A stretch of 64,000 bases of DNA from Podarcis melisellensis (taxonomy: Eukaryota), in NCBI GenBank assembly GCA_964234715.1, contig OZ174277.1; one strand, given 5' to 3'. Of the stretch, positions 1 to 11,760 are shown piece after piece. The notes below the pieces were generated by a model. It saw nothing but the letters and a program-made list of their open reading frames with translations. It did not search any database and was not told the origin of the DNA. Position numbers and translations under genes: made by a program. Each line of letters opens with the position of its first letter. Positions within the stretch are counted from its first letter, which is position 1.

Positions 1-2262
1 ACACACTGAGGGTTTGAGAACCATCAGCTACCCTCACATGGTTTAGCTGGTCAGTCAAAGCCATTCCCGGTGAGTCCAACTCTCCAACTCTATGATTCTT
101 AATGCTTGCTTGCCTCTATTTTTAAAATATTGAGTAGGTGGGTTCCCCCACTTTTTAAAAAACTACTTGCTGCTTTATTTCTCCCTCAAAATATTGCAAC
201 AAGTTATGTTCCAATCATACAGAGAGAGCAAAGTGCAAAAGAGCTGGCCTGCATTAGCGCTCGCTTCTTTTTGCCATGGCACTAGACTCGCAATATTACA
301 ATGCAACAGAAATACAAGGACATCTCACACTTCACCTTGAATTAGCCAGAGCCTCATTTCTCTCCAGCATCCCAGTGCACAAACCACTTACAGCAGGAGA
401 GGTACTATGCAGAAGAAACTACAAGAAGAAGAAACTGTAGAAGAAACTGCACAAAACTGCAAAGGAAGAAGGGCCTTGGTTCTCCATGAGTGGCCCATTG
501 TGCTGTAGTGCTCTGATGTCTAGTCCTTTTCATTAAAGTAGGGGAATAAGAGACAAGCCTGACTGGCCCTAGATATTTTGCTGTCTGAAGCAAAGAACAA
601 CACTGAACCTCCCCCACACCAGTTCCATGTACAGAAACTGACTGGTCAGGGAATTAAATCTTACTTCAACACTGGGAAAAGGTCAGCATCTGCCCCTGCC
701 CTGATATGAATGAAGCTCAGGAGGCGAGAACAGGCTTTGTGGAACACATAGCTTTGATCTCCATTGAATGGGAATGTTCTGACTGAGGAGGAATGGCTGG
801 GAGAAAGGTTGCTGCTGCAATCCTCTGAGTATCTGCTACTTGAGGCAATAGTATAGTTTGCCAAATGGTAGAGCTGGCCCAGCAGAAGAGCTTAAATCAT
901 ATGTTGATAACCTAGTTTGGGATAGTTCATTTGGCTTCCCAGAATGCTTCCTTGTCCTTTTTGACTCACTTTGTTTTGTTATAATACAAGTTGTAGCTTA
1001 ATTGTACTTTTCACAAATTACATTGAATTTTTTCCTCGTCCTTCTATTACCTTAGTTTGTACACAGATAATATGGCATTCCCCACCCCATCATCCTTCTT
1101 TGTATTTTATGGCTTCGTGCTTACAGAGTCAGAAAGAGATTTTTCTCCTCCCCCTCTCCCCAATCACACACACAATCTTTCAAATCCAAAAGAGGAGAGA
1201 TTTTCAACTGTAATAGAGCAACCACAGACTGAACAGAAGCTTTCGGTGATAAACTCATATACACAAACTCCAGGTTTCCATTCTTTCCTCAGAGGCTATC
1301 AGGAAAATTTAATCAGCCCTTTCTCTTCTCGTCAATCATAGAAACCATTTCTGTACTTGAATACTCTGCATTGAAATTTTGTCCTCCCTATCACTATAGA
1401 CACTTGATGTCTGTGTGCAGCCATTGCTGAACAATGTGAAGTGTTTTATTTTTAGAGAGAGCTGCACACTTGCGATCATACAGTAACACCAGTTTTTCAG
1501 AGGTCACGAGGAAAAGAGCATACTTACGATGAGGTGGGAGAAAATGAATAGCAGAGAGTACCATCTGATTTTAAGACACTCCCTGCCAACTCCGCATCCA
1601 TGCAAAAAGCTCTCCCATCAGATTTCTATCTATATCAAGCCGAGTGCAGTGTTTTCTTACATATACTAAATTATGTAGTGCCTTTAAACAAAGCATGTAC
1701 AAGAGCAGAATATAAATAAGACTGAAAAGGGCTGCAAGAAGCTTTTCAGAAAGGCATGGGGATCCAGCAATCATGATCACATACTCAAACTATTAACAAA
1801 TGATTTTTGCATGAGGGCTGAGGTGAAACAACACTTGGGTTTTTGCAAACCTTTTCGCGGTGTTTTTAAGAAGTCCTCTATTTATGAGTGCCATCATCCC
1901 AATGAAAATACCCAGTGAAGATACTTCTTGTAAAAATGCCCACATATTTGTTGAAAACTCTCCCTAGGTGCCCACAATGATGCCCCAGACCTACTGAGTG
2001 AAAACTTATCAGCATGCAATCATCCAACTCTCTTGATGATCCCTGATTGGGTGGAATCATCAAGTGACAAATGCAGGAGGAAGGAAATAGCAGCCAAGAG
2101 GAAGAAAAAAGGTGCCATAGACACTACACCTGGGGAAGATAATGGCCTCCAATGGAATAAAAAGAGGATTCCTTAAATATGAGTATTCACACTGCCTGTT
2201 TCAGGGGGGAAATGTGCCATGTCAAAACAATGAGTTTTGAATATTTTATCAAAAGTGTAAAG

Positions 2263-2514
2263 CAGGCATGTCCAACAGGTAGATCACGATCCACCAGTAG
2301 ATCACTGGACGTCTGTGGTAAATCACTGGCAGATCACTGGCTCCCCCCAAAGAAGCTCAACAAGATTGCCTCCGCTAAAAAAAACTCAACATGTTTGCCC
2401 TGCACCCCTAAAAAAAGCTCGACTTTGACCTGAACCCCCCAAAAGGGGGTAGATCACTGCCAGTCTTTGTGAGTAATTGCAGTCTCTGTGAGTAATCGCA
2501 GTTCGCCACCACTG
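2263..2514. mobile_element. hAT-type non-autonomous DNA transposon (MITE) with imperfect TIRs
   Basis: Begins CAGGCATGTCCAAC and ends GTTCGCCACCACTG. The 8-bp flanks GTGTAAAG (2255-2262) and GCGTAAAG (2515-2522) match 7/8. Internal GTAGATCAC repeats are shared with the copy at 63120-63307. Confidence 0.65.
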
Positions 2515-2824
2515 GCGTAAAGTATACAAACATACATCTAGTTCAAGACAGAACTGGCTATGGCCACTAAGTGGCAACATGTGCACTTTCTCTTTAATCT
2601 GATACCACCACCCAGTGTAATGGGACACTGAGCTGAGTGGTTCCTCCCTTCTATTCCTCTCCTGGTCCTTCACTGACTATCCTCACATGCTGTGACAAGC
2701 AGGAATAGAGGCATGCGACATAACAAGCTGGAAAGGGACAACCCCAAAAGGCAAATGGGTGGATTAAACCATGTTGCCAATTCCTAATGAGCCAGGTCAT
2801 GTAAAGGTACATAATCAATCTAAG

Positions 2825-2950
2825 CAGCCTGGGTGCCCTCTAGATGTTTTGAACTACAGCTCCCATAATAATTGCCGATTGGCCATTCTGGCTGCAGCTT
2901 AAGGGTGCAGTAGTCCTATAGATGTGGAGAGCACCAGGTTGAAGAAGATT
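2825..2950. mobile_element. Short palindromic hAT-like MITE (~130 bp), degenerate
   Basis: CCCTCTAGATGTTTTGAACTACAGCTCCCAT...GTAGTCC...GATGTGGAGAGCACCAGG fold-back. Same family as 9079-9198, 26970-27099, 31164-31303 and 42856-42994. Confidence 0.55.
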
Positions 2951-3918
2951 GATCTACTGGTTCTATCCTAGCAACCTTAGGGATGGTGCTAGTCCACGAT
3001 CATTTTTAAATCATAATGGATGTCTGATCATATAAAGTCATATAAAAAGTCTTTCCCCAGAAGTAGGCACTGCACTTAAAGAGATCCCATGAAAGTTTCT
3101 GTAGGGCAGGGGTGTTTCAAAAACGTTCTTGCGTGCTAATGAAACAGAGACTTGATCTGCTACATTGATTATGTGGCTATTATAAAAATGTGATCAATTT
3201 ACTCTCTCAGACTGCTTACAAACAAAGGCTAATTGCTTTCTGTGAAATGTAATGGCATCTTTGATGAGACGTTTAGTTAAAATCAGCTTTTCTCTTTTCC
3301 TTGGGGCAGAATTTTTTCCTCCTCTCTCCAGTGTAGGTTATTTTCTTTTGGATTTCATGTGTAACAGTGATAATCATTGGCAAAAGGAACTTGTAGTGAA
3401 ATATTTAAAAGAAAACTTGCTGATACCTAAAAAGATCCATGAATCAGCCTTTCATAGCTCATATTGGATTACATGTGCTCAAGAGAGCAAAATTCTCATC
3501 TGCTGGTCATTCTTGGGCATTTCTGCTTATGTAACTAGAATAATGCATGGAATAGAAAAGGAATTTTTCTAGTGGGATTAGGGGGAGCGAGAGAAAGAGA
3601 GAGAGGTCAAGAAAAGTTGGAGCATGTTTTTCTGGCATGTGTACTTGTTCTTGGGTCTCAAAAGTGTTTTCAAAAATGTTTCGACAGGTAAGAAGACCAA
3701 AAAAATTATTAGAGGGCTCGAGTAAGCTTTACAGGCATTTGAGTGGAAAAGTCTTGCACTGCCTTGCCAATTTCCATTGGGAAGTTTTCAGTTGTAATTC
3801 ACAGAACCCGTAATCTGTAGCAAAGTCATTAGAATGGGGCCAGGCTTTTGGAATCAGCAACAGATTTTGTCAGGAAGGTGAGAAAGATCTACATGGAGTT
3901 GGTACGCAGCTCAGTGGT

Positions 3919-4212
3919 AACACAAGAACATAAAGCCATCCTACTAGATCAGGCCAATGACTCATCAAGCCCACCATCCTGTTCTCACAGTGGCCAACCA
4001 GAAGCTTGTGGGAAATCCACAAGCAGGACCCGAGCCCAAGAGCACACTCCCCTCCTATGGTTTCCAGCAATAGGTATTTTCAGAAGCATTACTGCTGCCA
4101 ATGCAGCTAGCAGCCATCAGCCTTGTTCTCCAATAATTTGCCCAGTCCTTTTGTAAATCCATCCCCATTGGTTGCTCTCACTGCCTCCTGTGGTAGTCAG
4201 CTCCATAGTTAG
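3919..4212 (-). mobile_element. CR1-type LINE 3' end fragment
   Basis: Starts with AAGAACATAA, the reverse complement of a TTCTTATG-type tail, followed by CATCCTGTTCTCACAGTGGCCAACCAG. Related copies at 4938, 27659 and 38465. Confidence 0.6.
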
Positions 4213-4483
4213 GTGTAGAAGCTCTTTGACTCCATGGGCCAGATCATTATATGGATCAGTCTCACAGGTCAAATTTGAGCGGTGGTGAGTAGGACTGTAT
4301 TGACAGGATAGTTGTCACACCAGCCCCCAAACCTGTTGCATGGGGTTCCCAAGCACCTGTCAGCCAGCTGGCTGTTGGATGCTTGGGAACCACAAAGCAC
4401 AGGGGATGTGGCCAGCCCCACACTGCATTTCTGAAACTGTCTGCTGGGAATGGGCCCACACAACCAAACTAAGCAGCATTTTA

Positions 4484-4847
4484 AAAAGGTAAAGGTACCC
4501 CTGCCCATACGGGCCAGTTGTGTCCGACTCTAGGGTTGTGCGCCCATCTCACTTAAGAGGCCGGGGGCCAGCGCTGTCCGGAGACACTTTCAGGTCACGT
4601 GGCCAGCGTGACGAAGCTGCTATGGCGAACCAGCACCAGCGCAGCACACGGAAACGCCGTTTACCTTCCCGCTATAAAGCGGTACCTATTTATCTACTTG
4701 CACTTAGGGGTGCTTTTGAACTGCTAGGTGGGCAGGAGCTGGGACCGAAAGACAGGAGCTCACCCCGCCGCAGGGATTCGAACCACCGACCATACGATCG
4801 GCAAGTCCTAGGCGCTGAGGTTTTACCCACAGCGCCACCCACGTCCC
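4484..4847 (-). mobile_element. Sauria SINE (Squam1), full length
   Basis: tRNA-like head (rc of GGGACGTGGGTGGCGCTGTGG...GGTTCGAATCCC), the AAGTGCAAGTAGATAAATAGGTAC core and an (ACCTTT)n tail. Perfect 14-bp TSD TAAGCAGCATTTTA at 4470-4483 and 4848-4861. Confidence 0.95.
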
Positions 4848-4937
4848 TAAGCAGCATTTTACCCCTCAGTTATGATGAACCTTTTAAATGCAGTCTAGCA
4901 GATTTTTAAAAAACCTAACTAGTGTTGCAAAATAACC

Positions 4938-5026
4938 CATAAAAACATAAGAATGGCCCTGCTGAATCACAGCAATGGCCCATTTAGTCCAATATCCTGT
5001 CCTCACAGTGGCTAACCAGATGCCTG
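4938..5026 (-). mobile_element. CR1-type LINE 3' tip
   Basis: CATAAAAACATAAGAA tail remnant plus TCCTGTCCTCACAGTGGCTAACCAGATGC, homologous to 3919-4000. Confidence 0.55.
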
Positions 5027-8000
5027 CCCAGCAGTTCTCTCTCCAATATTTATTGCAATGGAGCAATAAAAAAGAGCAATAATCATTGTGATGTAGCAGT
5101 AAACTCATGTGCAAAGGGCTAGTTCAATGCAACTTGTTTCCAGATGGGTGTTGGAGTTGTTGGGATCATTTCCTTATAGCCACCATGTCTTCAAAATAAG
5201 GACTGCTTGAAATCCTAACGTAGTTTGCTTACAAGCAGTTCCAAGAAGTCAGAGCCAACCTAGCACTGTTACTTGTGTGTGGGGGGGGGGTACAATTAGT
5301 GTCATAGTTTTTGCTAGGTAAATAGCTGCTGCATGGAAGCCCAAACAATGTCTGGACTGTGGCGAGCAGGAATGGGAATGTCACTTTTTCTCCCCCTGCC
5401 ATAGTCCTGGCAAAAAAATAAATAAATGACATTTCCAAAGCTGCTATTTGCATTTCAATGAGGAGAGTGATTTCAAGAGAATCAGACCCCAAATAATGGA
5501 TAAGCTAAAAATAAAGGCACTTAAAACATATTGTTTTGTGCATGAAAGAAAACTTTATCTCCCGAGATATGGATGTATGAGGGAAAGAGGGAGAGAGGGA
5601 GGGAGGAAGAGTGAGCTCCAGGGGTGTCTGATATTCTTCAGCAGAAGCAGTGATCCATGTAACTAATTACTCCTGAATCTTTATTGACACTGAGAGATTC
5701 ATGTTAAGTTTTTCTTTGGAAGATTATTTCCTCATTCTTTTTCCGCTGTGACTTCTTCCCGTTGTTTGTTTTTTTTAACTGAACTTTTTCTGACATAAGA
5801 GATCATTAAGGCCAGGCAATGAAGAGTGGAGATTCCGACTTTTAAAGGAGAATTAAGAGAGTATTGCCTGTATGTGACAATAGCAATTCCATCTGTTTTA
5901 CTCCATCCCCAAATGTTTGCAATTAAGAGTGATGCAATTAGACTAGCTACAAGATCTTCGATTACGTTTGTTCAAAAAACGCATTGCAAAAGAAAAAAGG
6001 AATATCAGGCTGTGATCGTGAAAATGCAAATGCCCAACATTGAACACTTTTGTTGCATGGTTGTGCCAAGCTTGTAACTTGGGGAGAAGATGGGAAGGAA
6101 GGCACTGGTTTCAGGGACAGCTTGCTCAGGAAGGTGGAGTAGGTTGGCTCAGTTCAAGGGGTGTCCACTGTGCTGAACAATATTGTCATTAGGTGTCTGT
6201 ATTGCTGGACCCACAGCCCCTGCCCAGGGGCTCACTACTGATTCCCAGGACCTCCTCAGCCTCCTGACTGTCCTCTTTGTTGTCAGTGATTGTTGAACTG
6301 AGCAGACAAACAGTGAACTTGTGAAGGAGATGCAACAGCATCCTCCACTTCCCTTGCACTCTCCTTTTGGGTGCTGGGGAAGAGGGCAGGCAAATAGATG
6401 GCATTATGAGGACCCGAACCCATTCAGAGAGGTGAGACCATGCTGCTCAAGGATCCCTCAGAACCTGGAGCCAGCACTAGTGCCAGCAGCAACAGTGAGG
6501 CAGCAATGACAGAGGGAGTGTCCCTTCAACAGCTTCTAACCCATCTGCTTCTCCATATCTGCTGCCATTTTCCCAGCAAACTGTACTGAATTGCAGCCAG
6601 ATTAGGCCTGGCTAGAAGCCTTGGCCTGATCAGACCATCTTCCACGTGGAGCACACAAGAGGCAACCCAGCTATGGGATCAGGCCATGGCTGACTGACCT
6701 TAGCAGGGCAGCACCAAAAGCATCCAAGGGCCTTTCTCTTTGGGGAACATATATGGGAGTTCCAAGGTGAGTTTTTTCGTTTCAGTCCCAAGACGGGCTG
6801 TCCTTCACTCTCTTTCAGACACAGACACCTTATCCAGCCAAGGGAGGTGGCGTAAGGCTTAACCTCTTCCATTCACATTCCAGAAGGGCCTACAACTATT
6901 ATTCATTGTACAAAGCAGATACTTAACATAGGTGGCAAGGCTATTTACTTAGCAAATAAACTGGTTTGACCATTTTAGCAGTCACTTTTTCTGCAGAATC
7001 CATCCTTACAGTTATAAAATCATAAGATTGAAGGAGAGTCCCAAAACCCATTTCGTCTAACTTCAAATGCATTGCAATCTTCTCAGTAGACCATTCTACC
7101 CAAAGGAGGCCATATAAATCAGGAAAATGTACATGTAATCCACTTTGGTCTTTGTATTAATTGAATTGCGCTATTAGCTATATATATTAATTATCTCTGA
7201 CTTTTACAGACCAAAACATATAGTTTTAGCTTGCTGTTATTAATTTAAATTAAATGTCTTTTCTTAATCTCTTATTTACAAGCCCCGCAGGAACTCTGAA
7301 TTATTAAATTAGGTTCTTCAAACAGGCTGGCTTTCAAGATCAATTGAAGTTAAGGGAGAAGGTCCAATTGATACAAGCTACAGCATGTAGCAGATGAAGT
7401 CCCAATGTATGTACCTTGTTGCATCATTTAGTTTATCTGATGTTTTTCAGCTTATGGTGGCATATTAAATCTTACTCTCAATATTTCAGTGTGTGTTGGT
7501 AGTACATAAAAATGGGATTTAAAACCCTGCTTAACCTGGATGATTATAGGTGACACTCCACTCCACATTTGTAAAATGTGATATATATTTCTGCCCCTTG
7601 GAGTTCCATGAGAATAAATAAAATAAGGGTTCCAGTACAAAGATATATGCCTTGGGCGCCTTGGGGGAGCCGAAAGGCTGAATATAAATCATTCTATAAA
7701 TAAAATATAAATGAATAAACTCTGCTGCTCATGCAGAGCTCCCACGTGCCCAAGGAACAGCCACTCACTTCTAAGTTGAAGGTCTGCTTTACACATCTGT
7801 ATATAGATAGCTGTCCCTGATATTGAAGTGAATGGCCAAGTCTTTGTACACACAGGTATTGCAAATTTACTCACATCTGCATTGATCGAATTATTTGGGA
7901 TGAAGAATCACAGTTAACCAGGACTACAAACACAATCAGGTCTGGTGTCTGACAATGTCATTGGCAAGCAAGCATTCCAAATTAGTTTGACCTTAATAAT

Positions 8001-8518
8001 TCATGGGAAAAAAGAAATATCAAAGCTGAGCGATTGATTATCCCATAACTTCTGAATGAGATACTACATGCTATAACCAAGTAAGAGTAATATGAAGTTA
8101 TTGCTCTATGAATACCTCTTGCAAGTGACTATTCTCTGCTCCTGAGACTTTCTGACCTGATTTGGTGGGGAGAAGGAGGTAGTTTGTCTTGCTTTTGGAC
8201 ATAAGGTTTGGACTAGATGTGGAGGAATGACAGGTTAGTGGAAGAATGCATGTTTTGTGTGTTGAGGGTTTCAGGATTAATCCCATACATCTCCAGTTAA
8301 AAGGATCACATACCCTTCACTTAGGGTGTGAGGTTCAGGCAATATGACTACCTATTTCTATTCAGCACTAGTCTTCAACTTTAGTCAGGAAAACCAGATC
8401 AACGATAAAGCAAAGCCTGGGTGTCATCTATTCACACTGGCATCAGCCTCCATGTCTACATCTCATCTTGTGTAGTGGTCTCATATACATGTTGACCAAG
8501 AAAGAATCTAGACGGTAG

Positions 8519-8839
8519 TAGAAATGGATGGATCCATCTATTCCTATGCTCCATGTCAATTTTTATTCCTAAGTCGGTTCTGTCCCATTTCACACCATTC
8601 TGTTTTGTTTTTAAACACATAGACAGACCGTATTTTAACATACTTTGTCACAAATACACTTTTTGTATACATTTTTCTATATGCATATTTATGTGTTCTT
8701 TGAGCCAAAAGTGTATTACAAAACACTGAGAAGTCCAAAAATAATAATAATGGAAGAAGTCATCATATTAGTCTGAGAAGTGCAAATCAAGTTAGTTTGC
8801 TTAAAAACAGGGATCAAATGAACTCTTAAACCATACCTA
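8519..8839. mobile_element. Degenerate hAT/Ac-like MITE (TAGGGATG-end family)
   Basis: AT-rich body resembles the reverse complement of 16814-17199. Degenerate ends TAGAAATGGATGG and CCATACCTA. Confidence 0.4.
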
Positions 8840-9078
8840 TCCCACAGAAATCTGCAGTACAGATTATAGCCAGGCATTCATAACTACCCCTGGGATCTTT
8901 TGCCAATCATGATGGGAACTACTCAAAAGCAGTTTCCAAGTAACCTGTCTGCTGACTTGTCAACATTCTCAAAGGTCACAGAAAGTTCTAACAGGATGGC
9001 TGAGATCATTGATTAACATCACTATTGCAGTGTCAGTGCCACACCCATCCTGAACTATTGGGTCTAGATAGCTCATAG

Positions 9079-9198
9079 GAAGGGTGGGTAATGTGGTGTC
9101 CTCCAGATATGGTGGGACTCCCCATTAGCCCCAGTCAGCATGGTCAATGGTCAGGGACAGACGGAGTTCTGGTTCAGGGGTAACATTGGCTACCCCTG
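9079..9198. mobile_element. Short palindromic hAT-like MITE, degenerate
   Basis: CCTCCAGAT...CTCCCATTAGCCCCAGTCAGCATGGTCAATGGTCAGGG...TTGGCTACCCCTG; homologous to 42856-42994. Confidence 0.5.
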
Positions 9199-10526
9199 GC
9201 TTATGGTACCTCCATCCATCTACAGGGCTAGATACTGCAGAACTGCTGCATGTCAAACAACAACATTTCCTATACAAGGAGAGAATAACTGCTGGTGAAT
9301 TTGCATCCAAGGTATGTCTGTTGGTTTGTTTTTACCAACATTCACAACACAACCTTATCGTAAGTCCTACTCAGTTAAATGGAGCTTATTTCAATAATGT
9401 ATAAAAAGGATTGCAGCCATAATCAAATGCATGACTCCTAAATTACATTCATATGCATATTCTCTTAAACTAATTCAGTATTTTTGGAGGAAAATAACAA
9501 GACACTGGAAATCATTATTTTAGCCAGCTAATTCTAACTTTTCTCTGGTGTCACAATCAATCAGCATTAAATATCGTATTTAGTGAAATGAAAAACCAGT
9601 AGAAAACATACCAGGAGAATGCCTCTCCTTGTGTTCCTCACTTCTGGGCCAAATTAAAGGTGTGAGATTGATGATAAAATATGGTCTCTAGAAATGGTTA
9701 ACCACTGACTTTGGAAGACTAATATCAGCAAGGCAGGCTCACCAGAAACAGTGTGTCTCACTTACAGAAAATGCTCTTTAAACACAAATAAATACAATTT
9801 CTTTCACTTTACTTTGAAAACTTTACAGTAGTCTCTGGAGAGAAACAGGGCACGTTTCCAAAAGTTTCTTGGCAGTCAGCACAAAGAATCCAGCCCATCA
9901 GTAACAATTGAAAAATGGTCACTTTCAGCAAAATGAAAACTATCTCCCCAAAAGTGGGGAGGAGGAGTGAGAAAGAGAATATAATTTTTAAAAGGACATG
10001 TAATCACCCTATTCTATTGCCAAAAAAAGAATTAAGTAGCAGCAGTGGAGTGAGAGGATCCCCTTGCCAATGATAACTGATCATTATAGCATACGGGAAA
10101 TCCCATCCTTTGATAAACAATGCGTTTGTAAATGAGGAATGGAGAGACTCTTGCATCAGGGACAGTGACTCGTGTAACGACCACCTGATTGTCATATCAG
10201 CAGCATTTTCCCAAGAAGGCACTGAGGGGAGGGGTGGCTACTCAGAATGAAAACTGCTGCGTCTTTGGAAAGTCAATTACTACCCAGCAGACAAGAAAAA
10301 TGCTTAGACCACTATGTTCGGAAGGGGCATTTTGTAAGGTGTGAGAGAAATACAGGATCAGGTCTTACGAAATGACACGGCTCTAGTGTCTGTGATACTG
10401 CTTATTAGAGATGACGGTATTTCATGTAAGTCGGGCTCTTAACTAGAAGGAAAATGCTGACCTGCATCAAATGATGCTGACCTTGCCAATTCATCAGATT
10501 CCTCTTCAACTGGGTTATTGCAAGGA

Positions 10527-10595
<69 letters not shown>

Positions 10596-10616
10596 CACAC
10601 ACACACACACACAATC
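10527..10616. repeat. Compound microsatellite (GT)n(GA)n(GC)3(AC)n
   Basis: Directly visible. Flanks GATTG and CAATC are reverse complements. Confidence 0.95.
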
Positions 10617-11039
10617 ATTCCTTCAGCAAAGGAACAGATATAAGGATTTCAAGGATCATAGATTAGTCTAACAATTGTCACACCAAGGAAAGAGACTGCT
10701 CAAGGCATTTTGTTTTCCCTGGTTAAGCCGTCATCCACCCCGCTCCAGATTCTTGTTGACTGTGCAATGCAAAATGGCATCTGATGAAATGATAGGCAAG
10801 ATTTGATTATGGTGCTGCTTTTTACTTAGACTGTGGAATGGGATCCATGTGTCATTTTTTAAAAGGAGCAGTTTGTTCCCTATTTCTTCTCTAGGAATCC
10901 AAAAAGTATTTTAGATGGCACATGCCCAGTGGGTTTCTTTCTTCTTTGAACAGAAAATGTCTCACATTTAGAATTGGGGGGAATTCTCTTGGCTTGGAAT
11001 GACATTATTCTTTCTAGGCTTTTTCACAAGCAAGGAGTG

Positions 11040-11185
11040 ACTGCAGAAAAGGCCCGTTCTCATATTGCTGCCCTCCGGATCTCTTGTTGAGGAGACATGT
11101 GAAGAAGGGCCTCAGATGATGATCACAGGGTGTGTATCGGCTCGTATGAAGAGAGGCAGTCCTTGAAGTATTGTGGCCCTGAGCC
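11040..11185 (-). mobile_element. L2-type LINE ORF2 C-terminal fragment
   Basis: Minus-strand translation GSGPQYFKDCLSSYEPIHTL resembles the L2 motif LGPxYLKDxLxPYxPxRxLRS. Confidence 0.55.
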
Positions 11186-11450
11186 AAAGGGCAGCAAGAG
11201 AAAAAGCTCCCCTGCATTACCAAGGCAATGCAAGTATATCCCTCCATCTTCCAGCACTGTGCACAAAGCTGTTAATGCCCCCTCCCTTCCTGTGCTAGAA
11301 GCTGCAAGGAGAAGGCAACTGCATGTCCTGACATCCTGGCTCCGGCAGAAGTCCACAGGGCATGGAAGGGCAGCAAGGCAGTCTGGGTTGCAGCATCTCA
11401 TGTGAGCAACTTGTTCATATGAAAACTGGAGTCTGACTGAGGCCTTATAA

Positions 11451-11550
11451 CAGAGGTGGGGAACCTTCTTAATGCAGAGGGCCATATTCTTTTCTGGGCA
11501 ACCTTCTGAGGGCCACGTACTAGTGATGGGTGACAAAGGACAGAAGAGGC
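11451..11550. mobile_element. hAT-type MITE left end
   Basis: CAGAGGTGGGGAACC TIR-like start with GAGGGCCAC repeats. A complementary end GTTCCCCACCCCTG occurs at 56473-56486. Confidence 0.45.
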
Positions 11551-11594
11551 CTGGTTGTTTTGGGGGAATTTTCTTTGAGAAACACAAAACCAAA

Positions 11595-11760
11595 CCACAC
11601 ACAGCCAACCAGTGCAGGTCCTGTAAGATGGATGTTATATGATAGCCCACAGAATTGCCAGTCAATATCTTTGCAACAGCATTCTGCACTAGCTATACAG
11701 GAGGTAACCGAAGGATATAGGACCATGGCAAGGCCTATACAAGGAAGGAGTGTAGCTGAT
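11595..11760 (-). mobile_element. L2-type LINE ORF2 fragment
   Basis: Minus-strand translation QNAVAKILTG..YHITSILQDLHWLAV matches the L2 motif QNAAARLLTG..HITPILxxLHWLP. Confidence 0.7.

Noticed and set aside
4520-4909. 129-aa ORF and tRNA-like B boxes in SINE heads
   Set aside because: Antisense Sauria SINE sequence. The heads are tRNA-derived but do not form complete tRNA genes.
11123-11689. 188-aa minus-strand ORF
   Set aside because: It strings together two L2 ORF2 fragments and an intervening hAT end. It is not a coherent gene.
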